A stretch of DNA of 64,000 bases from Octopus sinensis (Eukaryota): contig NC_043003.1 in assembly GCF_006345805.1 (NCBI RefSeq), positions 54,064,001-54,128,000 of the forward strand. Reading direction: 5' to 3'. Within the stretch, counting starts at the first letter, position 1. Each line of letters starts with the position of its first letter. The notes under the pieces were generated by a model. It searched no databases. It was not told the origin of the DNA and was given only the letters and a program-made list of their open reading frames with translations. This document shows, one piece after another, positions 55,501-64,000 of the stretch. Position numbers and translations under genes: made by a program.

Positions 55501-56824
55501 TGTTCTGTGATGGTAAGATCAACAAAAAAGGACTCTATATCTGATTATCTAATGCACACAATATATGTTTTTATGTGCTAGTATTAATTGCATGTACTGA
55601 GAGCATGCTAGACGTTGTTTCATAACACGTCTCAATTCTCGGCACAATGGGAGAAGAAACGAAAACAGGCGAAAAGGGAGCACATAGAAAATGTGGAAGG
55701 TTGAAAAACCGGATAACGAAAAAGTAATCAGACAGAAGCAAATGGAGAAAAGAGTTATCTCCCTTAGACCGTAAATTTTAAGGCTGAAAAAATAGAGGCA
55801 TAGAGTTTATGGTACCGTTATTAACCAGGTAAAGGAGAAACTTCTTAATTCTTCAACAGGAACTTAAGCATATTCTTACCACCACTGAAAATTTCGGATC
55901 TGGAGTCCAGCAGTGAATTGGAGATCTTAGATCTAAAAAGGATGTGAAATCTCTCAGCTAAGCATAGCTTACATCTTTCGATCCGTTAACATGTGATGTG
56001 AATTTTCCGATTATTTTCCACTTCATCGTACCTGTGTTGCGTTCGATTTCAAACTCCATACGTGGCGAGGCACCTTCGTAGGTTTGCTTTTGTCGCTATG
56101 TCGGAAGGAAGCTATGTGATTAGTACACCGATTCTAAAACTCTCCTTCACGTAGTCCGGTATAACTCTTTTTATCGTTTGTGTTATTATCTAGCGTTGCA
56201 GTGACTTCTGCCTCATATATGACGGATTATAATATATATATAAATATGTGTGTGTGTGTGTGTGTGTGTGTATAACGCGGAGTAGAGGAAACAGGGACAA
56301 CTGAAGAAGGGGAATATTCCTTGTGTTGTATGTCTTGTACTCTGTTTTTTCGTTGTTGAAAAAAAACTTCGTTTCCATGTTTTTGTTTTTGCGTTTTCGT
56401 TTCTCATTTTGTTCAACGTTTTTGTGATGTCCTGTACCCATAAATGCATGTATATATACATATAGATATAGGTATGTACATATATGTATGTATATATGCA
56501 TATATTTTATATATAATATATATATATACATATATAACCCCATTTGGTTAGCATGCTATGTGAAACTGATTTTTACCACAATAACGTTGTTGAGAAGCAA
56601 CAATATATTGTAATGGTTGAAGGTACATTAAAGAAGTGGTGTTATGACCACAGCAATACCTTTAATTATATTGACATACAGACATCCACCACGACATCTG
56701 CAAGTAGTAACTTAGGACGTTATATGTGTGTTGGTGTGTGTGGTGTGTGTGTGTGTGGTGTGTGTGTGTGCGTGTGTGTATATGTGTGTGTATACACATG
56801 TACGTGTTTGTGCATGCGTGCGTG

Positions 56825-56868
<44 letters not shown>

Positions 56869-56925
56869 TATATACACATACATATACATCAGTACATACA
56901 CACTAACAATATTTTACATATTTGT

Positions 56926-57156
56926 TATTTCTTTATTGCCCATAAGGGGCTACACACAGAGGGAACAAACAAGGACAGACAAACGGATTAAGTCGATTAT
57001 ATCGATCCCAATGCGTAACTGGTACTTATTTAATCGACCCCGAAAGGATGAAAGGCAAAATCGACCTAGGCGGAATTTGAACTCAGAACGTAGCGGCAGA
57101 CGAAATACCGCTAAGCATTTCACCCGGCGTGCTAACGTTTCTGCCAGCTCGCCGTC
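56926..57156 (-). mobile_element. SINE family A with an 18-bp TSD
   Basis: Full copy. AATATTTTACAT(A/G)TTTGT at 56908-56925 and 57173-57190. Confidence 0.9.
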
Positions 57157-57699
57157 TTAAGCTTGCTGCCTTAATATTTTACATGTTTGTGTGAAGGTGT
57201 GTGTTTGGGTGTTTGAGTGAAGGTGAGTGTGTGTGTGTGAGTGTGTGTGCGTGCGCATGCGTGTGCGTGTGTGTGTGCGTGTATGAGTGTGTGTGCATAT
57301 GTGCATGCGTGTGTGTCCTTGTGTGTGCATGTGTGTGCGAGCATGGTCCCGCTTGTTACTTCAATATCGAAGTTTTCACGCTCTGAATTTTGTACATCTG
57401 AAATCTATCCTCTGAGCCAATACATCGAAGCATCACATTTTAACTGAACTTGAGAGAAATGTCACGCCATAAAGTCTTGAAGAAGGATATATTGGATGAA
57501 GTATATATTGGTGCTGAGATAGACGGTGCCCAATGACAAAAAAAAAAGGATCGATTGGAATAATTTTGATCAAAAATCTGCTCCTTCTCCTCCTCTCAAA
57601 CTTCATCATTGACATCATCGATCCGTCATCAGAATCATCTATTTCATTCTCACCTTCAAACTATGGTGTATTCCTCACCTCCATAACTATAACAAACAT

Positions 57700-58666
57700 C
57701 ATCATTCTGATGACGACGACGACAACGACATCAACGACAAAGATTATGATGAAGATGATGATGATGAGGAGGAGGAAGAGAAGGAGGAGGATAACCCAGT
57801 TCAAATAAATCAACCGTGACCATCATCAGTAACATTCACTATCGTCACCATAACCATCAGCACCATAACGATGGTGCAGATGATGGACGATGATGAGGAT
57901 GATGCTGCTGTTGATGGTGAATATGATCCAGACGATGATAATGATGATTGTGATAGTGATGAGGATCCTCCTCCTCCTATTCCTCCTCCTCATTATCAAA
58001 GTTTTCAGGAACATCATGGCCAACATAGTCATCAAATGCGCAAACGCACACACACACCACACATACACACGCACGCGCGCATACACACACACACAGACAC
58101 ACAAACGGAACACGAACCAAGAAGCAACAGCAACAAAAGCAACTGCAATGTCAGCAGCAGCAACTTCACCATGATTAAAAACAAACGGTAGCAGCAATCA
58201 CCACCACCACAACTACCACCACCACCACCACCAACAACACCACCACCACCAGTACTACCACCACCACCACCACCACCAACACCACCACCACCAGTTCTAC
58301 CACCACCACCCCACCACCACCACCACAACTACTACCACCACAACTACTATCACCACCACTACCACCACCACCGCTACCACCACCAACAATACCACAACAC
58401 AACTACCACCACCATTACCACCACCACCACGACCACCAACATTACCACAACACAACTATAACTACCACCACCAGCACAACCACCACCACCACCACCACCT
58501 CCACCACCACAATTACCACTACCAATACCACCACAACTACCACCACCAATACCTCAAAACAACCACCACCACTACCACCACTGCTGAGAGAAAAAGGGAG
58601 ACAGAGAAAGTGAAAGAACGAGATAGATAGAGATAGATAAAGAGATAGATAGATAGAGATGGATAG

Positions 58667-58745
<79 letters not shown>

Positions 58746-58930
58746 ATTAGGTTTGTTTATTGGCAAGCCTAGCTGAGCTAAAAATCTTTTATGTTTGTAT
58801 TCAGAACGACATAAATCAGTTCAGAAATTTAGTTTTTATGTTTTAGACATTTGCTTAACATTTTTGTTTTAATTCAGTCACTAGTATTATATTTGGTGTT
58901 GTTGTTGATGATATTATTATTATTATTATT

Positions 58931-58962
<32 letters not shown>

Positions 58963-59026
58963 TATTATTATTATTATTATTATCATTATTATTATTATTA
59001 TTATTATCATTATTATCATTATTATT

Positions 59027-59082
<56 letters not shown>

Positions 59083-59088
59083 CCTTAC

Positions 59089-59131
<43 letters not shown>

Positions 59132-59160
59132 GTTATTATTATTATTATTATTATTTTCTT
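57700..59160. repeat. Low-complexity block: (GAT)n, (CAC)n, (GATA)n, (GA)n, (TAT)n
   Basis: Direct inspection. Confidence 0.9.
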
Positions 59161-60002
59161 CTGTTAGCCTAACATACATTGTTTGGTTTGTATCAGAATG
59201 GTAGCTAATGAGAAGGTGTTAAATACCACCGACATCACACACACACACACGCACACACGCACGCACGCACGCACGCACGCACGCACACGCACGCACGCAC
59301 ACGCACGCACGCACACGCACGCACGCACACACGCACACATACACACACACTACAAATATTTATATAGACTGAAATACTTATGTGTAAATGAATTCATACT
59401 TACGTATATATACATATACATACACACACACACATACATACATATGCGTCTGAGTGACTATATATATATATGTATATATAAATATAGATAGATACATGTG
59501 TATCTATATACATATATATGCGTATACATTACACATATGTATATTAATGTATGTATGTATATATAATATATATATATATATATACTATATATATATATAT
59601 ATATATATATAGTAAAAATACATATATTCGTGTGTGTGCGTGTATGTGTTTATAATGTGTGTGTATGTACTTCTGCAGTTTTGTGTGTCACGGTGTGCCT
59701 GTGTGTCTACATACATATACATATTAGCAAAAGAAAATTTTCTCTCTCGTCTTTATTCGACACATTAACAGGTTATATTCGAAACGGGAATGCATAGTTC
59801 AGTATTAATGATATGCTTGAGAATTGACTTTGTATATATGAGAAAATGAATGTTACTGAATAATTTTGAGCATCCACATATAAACACAACCAGACACATA
59901 AGCAGACATGTCTATTTATACATACATATCTTACACTTTTCTCTCTCTCTCGATCCATGCACATGCGTATATACATATGCATTTACATAAGTTCTGTAGA
60001 CC

Positions 60003-60039
<37 letters not shown>

Positions 60040-60411
60040 TCATATATATATGTATATATTTTTTTACTAAGATATATATAAGTATATTTTTCCAAAATCT
60101 TATTCATGTATGCATATATTTTTGGTGCAAAGGACGAATTTTTGTATATAGGATAAGAAGACAAAAGAGAACACTCAAAATGAGAAATAGAGTTCTATTA
60201 TTGTTTATTGGAAGCTGAAAATTTCCTGTTTTCTGTTTCCGATATTCAGAGGATAAAGGAGTTTAGAACAAAGTATAGCCTTGTTCTAACGTTTACTACA
60301 TTCAGAAAATAGGTAGTGCGGTGAACCTCGGAGCAACGGTTAGTGAAGATTTCAGCCTTGAATAAGGTGATGAACAAGTACAAATACGCATACGAACGCG
60401 CACGGGGTATA

Positions 60412-60625
60412 CGTATGTCATTATTAAGTTTATTTCAAGATTTCTTGCCAATCGAGAAAAAAGGTTCCTTCATTGGAATTTCAACATCAACATCAGGTTA
60501 TTTTTGTTTGTATGGATGTGCAGACTTGTATGTTTTATGTATGTATTCTCATGCATGCAGTTGTATATCTAGAGATTTTCAAACTAAATGATAAATTCCA
60601 GATTTTGACAGTTCCAGTGATGTAT
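60412..60625 (-). mobile_element. R4/Dong-like LINE 3' UTR fragment
   Basis: 60586-60625 matches 62808-62861 (AAATGATAAA..CAGATTTT.ACAGTTCCAGTGATGTA), the ORF end of the 62805-63925 copy. Confidence 0.7.
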
Positions 60626-60646
60626 ATTTATATATATATATTATAT

Positions 60647-60678
<32 letters not shown>

Positions 60679-60715
60679 ATATATATTATATATATATAAT
60701 ATATATATATATATA

Positions 60716-61504
60716 TTGGGTTGGTTGTCGGAAGTTCATGCCGTTTTATAGCAGCTTACCTTTCGACTATTTAGAATATGGTTGAGTCCATAAAATAGAA
60801 TTAAACTACACCTCCATTTAGAGCACAGTTTAAGCTATCTTTTCGTAGGAGAAGGCTTCCGTTCCTATAACCTATGTTAATTCTGTAGCCCTTTAAAATG
60901 GAAGATAAGAAAGTTCATTTTCGGCACTTGATGCTTTTCTTTTTCCGTAAAAGGAAAAATGCCTCACAAACAACGAAAGAAATATGCGCAGTTTACGGTG
61001 ATGTTTCTTTATCAGAAAGAAATGTACGGAAGTGGTTCGCATGGATCCAAGAGCTTCTCCCAAGTAACCAGACAATTCTGAGAAATACTACAGACAACTG
61101 GACGAGTTAAAAGCAGCAATTCAAGAGAACCGTCCAGATTTGGCCAACAGGAAAGGTGTTGTTTTCCAGCATGATAATGCAAGACCGCACGTTTCTTTGG
61201 GAATCAGACAAATATTGTTGCAGCTCGGCTGGAATGTGTTACCCCACACTCCATATTCACCAGATATTGCTCCTTCGGATTTCCTCTTATTCAGGTCAAA
61301 ATTTCAATTCCTTGGATGACGTTAAAAGATACTTTGATGAATTCTTTGCCATGAAACCACGCCAATTCTGGAAGAGGGTATTTTCAAGTTAAAGGAAAGA
61401 TGGAGACGCATTGTGCAACAAATTGGTTCCTATTCGGTTGATTAAAAATGTAATGGCAAGTATTTATTGACCTTGTTCTTTCTTTTAAAAATCGGCACAA
61501 ACTT
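60716..61504 (+). mobile_element. Internally deleted mariner element (mellifera-like) in (TA)n
   Basis: TIR remnants AAGTTCATGCCGTTTT / AAAAATCGGCACAAACTT; MEDKKVHFRHLMLF, FQHDNARPH and PYSPDIAPSD motifs. Confidence 0.92.
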
Positions 61505-61622
61505 ATATATACATAGATATAGGGTGAAAGATAATTAATTTAATAAAATCAACAAATTTCACCTAGTAGTTTTTCAGTATGGAAAAGGACCATATTCGGT
61601 AAAAACTTTTTTTATATATAAT

Positions 61623-61745
61623 TATAACAATAAGGGTTTTGCAGCAAGTTGCTTGACCACATACCGAAAATTTTAGAAAATTTCTGCTATTTCTAAAATT
61701 TTCGGTATGTTTCAAACAACTTGTTGCAAAACCCTCATTGTTATA
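61623..61745. repeat. Fold-back hairpin, ~57-bp arms and 10-nt loop
   Basis: The inner 21 bp, ACATACCGAAAATTTTAGAAA and its reverse complement, are perfect. Confidence 0.9.
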
Positions 61746-61753
61746 TATATATA

Positions 61754-61814
<61 letters not shown>

Positions 61815-61988
61815 TATATATATATATATATATATGTTTGTTGAAATGGAGAGATGAATATCTTTTACGGATTATTCAAGTTTAACCGATACCTGGGTAG
61901 CAAATCACAGCAGAAAAAACACGGTTGGAGTTATGTCCATAGGGTGTTGCAACCGTGCGTTGGCGCGGATATTGAAGTTTAATATAAT

Positions 61989-62426
61989 AGTGAATGGAAG
62001 AAATGGAGCTGAACGAAGATACTACAGAATTCCTTTTATTACATTCTACACATGTTTCAAAGGCCACAAACTTCCAATTTCTGATTGAATAAGGATACCA
62101 TATTGCAGCTTTCTCTTCAGGAAAATCCAGGAATTACGATGTCCAAACAAAACCAAGGCGCAGCAAGCAACTCGAACAAGAACGCTCCCTAGGAGCCCAT
62201 GTAGTTTACCCCACTACATGGGCTCCTAGGAGCGTTCTTGTCGAGTTGCTTGCTGCGCCTTGGTTTTGTTTGGACATCGTAACTCCGGATTTTCCTGAAG
62301 AGAAAGCTGCAATATGGTATCCTTATTCAATCAGAATTTGGAAATTTGTGGCCTTTGAAACATGTGTAGAATGTAATAAAAGGAATTCTGTAGTATCTTC
62401 GTTCAGCTCCATTTCTTCCATTCACT
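61989..62426. mobile_element. Near-perfect palindrome (~215-bp arms, 7-nt loop), probably an inverted PLE pLTR
   Basis: 61989-62205 against 62213-62426 differ at a handful of positions. TA runs flank both ends. Each arm carries a hammerhead motif and AATAAA. Confidence 0.85.
62289..62374 (+). ncRNA. Type I hammerhead ribozyme motif (mirror copy at 62041-62126, minus strand)
   Basis: ATTTTC-CTGAAGA-helix II GAAAGCTGCAA/TTGTGGCCTTT-GAAA-C.ATGT.G-TA-GAATGT. The core is intact and the cleavage triplet is GUA. Confidence 0.65.
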
Positions 62427-62601
62427 AATTATATATATATATATATATATATATTAGTCATAAGATACAGTGTACATTTAAACACATGAGGAATCCACTC
62501 ATAGGATTCAACACGCTAGAAAGAACAGCCAGGTTCTATAACCACAAAAATTAGGGAATTTTAATTCGACAGGAACGAATTGAAACATAAAAACATCTAA
62601 T

Positions 62602-62688
62602 TTCCTGGACCAATTGGTTGCTGATTTTAGTTTAGCGAGTAAATGAATAACATATACACTCGCCAGGTGCAATCGTCTTCAGCAGGAA
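62602..62688 (-). ncRNA. Type I hammerhead-like motif with a GCAA core variant
   Basis: TTCCTG-CTGAAGA-C.GATT..AATC.A-GCAA-CCAATTGG-TC-CAGGAA: perfect 6-bp helix I, palindromic helix III and a GUC site. Confidence 0.55.
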
Positions 62689-62804
62689 CACCTAGGGTTA
62701 AACGTATACACACGAGGCGATAACACCACGTGACCCTTGTTTATACATCCTTACTATTTTAAAATCTACTGCGCAGCCGCAGTCCTTCGCCAGCAATAAA
62801 AAAT

Positions 62805-63925
62805 ATTTAAATGATAAACTTTTGGAAAGTTTTACAGATTTTTTACAGTTCCAGTGATGTATTGGATCTGTAATCTTTGAATTAGCTTTCTCCTGTCTGG
62901 TTTTTAGAAGCCTAATTTCTCAAGCTTGGTATTTAGGCAGTGTGTTACATATCTCAAGGTCCCAATAATTACAGGTATAAACCTGAACTTGTAATCTGGA
63001 TAGAGTAACTGCAGATTTCTCAATAGTTCAGCATAAGTGTTCTCTTTTTCACTGATCTTCAGCTTTTTGTTAACATCCGTTGGGCAGCTAATTTCCACAA
63101 CTGTACACAGTTTCTATTCTCATCTCAAATCCTTATATCAGGTCTGTTGTGCTTACTTTTTATTGAGGTCTTCACTAGTACATTCCTCCACTATCCCTTT
63201 TTATTATTAGTGGCTATGTCCTCTACCATATTGTGGGTTTTAATCTCCTTGTCCTTGAGATTATCCTTCTGACGGATTTCCTGGTGGAGTGTCCTAGCTA
63301 CAATGTCATGCCTCATCGGTAAATAACAACGTGTTGATCTTTTCGGACAACTGCTTATGATGTGAGTGATATCTTCAGTGTGAACTTCACAAAGTCTGCA
63401 TCGGTTATCACTTTTTACAGCTTTTCCCGCATCTCTGTCCATTTTGTGCATTAGCTACTTGGTTGATACTTTCTGTTCCTGGATTACAAACGCAGTGTGG
63501 CAGTAGTAATCCGACTATTCATCCATGATAAACTGCTTTGATGCTCGATGTTACTATCATCATGGAGCTTTCTACTAACATATATCCATGCATAGTCTTT
63601 TGCTCATATAAGCTCATCTTTTCATCTGATGTTACGTTGCGGTAGAGTTGTGCGACTTCTTTGGGCATGTATTCTAGGTTATCAGACACAGAGTGTTGTT
63701 CAAGGAATGCACTTCGACACTTGGTCGTTAAAAGATGTTGCCGAAGAGACATTCAAAAGCATTTTGGATCGATGTTAAGACTCTGCCGCCTTGTTTACGT
63801 TTTAGGTAGAGGGGGTCTACGTCACTGTTGATGTGGAAATTATGTGTGCATGTTAGTATTTTTCAGGTCCTCACACCAATGGCCCGGATTTCATCAAGCG
63901 TCCAATCAAGCAGCCCAAATGTTTT
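62805..63925 (-). mobile_element. R4/Dong-like LINE 3' region
   Basis: DWTLDEIR..NFHINSDVD.LY..KQGGR, CRLCEVHTEDITHIISSC, RHD, EISCPTDVN and FIPVIIGTL motifs. The 5' end abuts (TACA)n. Confidence 0.9.
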
Positions 63926-64000
63926 ATGTATGTATGTATGTATGTATGCATGCATGTATGTATGTATGTATTTATGTATTAGTATGTATGTATGTATGTA

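Noticed and set aside
55740-55960. GAGTTATCTCCCTT motif suggestive of a mollusc HINE core
   Set aside because: No termini identified, so too little support.
57826-58402. Acidic/Pro/His-rich and Gly-rich ORFs
   Set aside because: Built from degenerate GAT, CCT and CAC repeats that are open in several frames. No domain or convincing splice context.
4152-60751. Many ORFs rich in YI, CV, HT, MYVC, SIYL, poly-N or poly-L
   Set aside because: They are translations of di-, tri- and tetranucleotide microsatellites, not genes.

Overview
AT-rich, microsatellite-saturated eukaryotic DNA with no host gene I can support. The tRNA-derived SINE families look like those of octopus or other coleoid cephalopods; this is recognition, not a database result. 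Almost all six-frame ORFs are microsatellite translations or decayed transposon fragments. LINE relics: several R4/Dong-type (restriction-like endonuclease) 3' fragments beside (AAT)n or (TACA)n, L1/Tx1 ORF1 and ORF2 pieces, two RTE fragments and one CR1-like 3' end. Other elements: a Gypsy 5' LTR, PBS and gag-pol start; a probable solo LTR; two mariner relics and one maT/DD37D relic; a Helentron-type HINE; Penelope-like (PLE) relics; and at least four SINE families. Best leads: (1) a ~440-bp near-perfect palindrome at 61989-62426 with an intact-core minimal hammerhead ribozyme motif in each arm, and a second hammerhead-like motif ~200 bp away; (2) a predicted double-pseudoknot RNA fold on the minus strand of a tandem duplication at 54.3-55.5 kb; (3) two SINE-LINE partner pairs visible inside the window (Tx1-like tail, CR1-like tail); (4) an exact 74-bp templated insertion and several fold-back duplications. 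Boundaries of decayed elements are approximate, and identities were estimated by eye.
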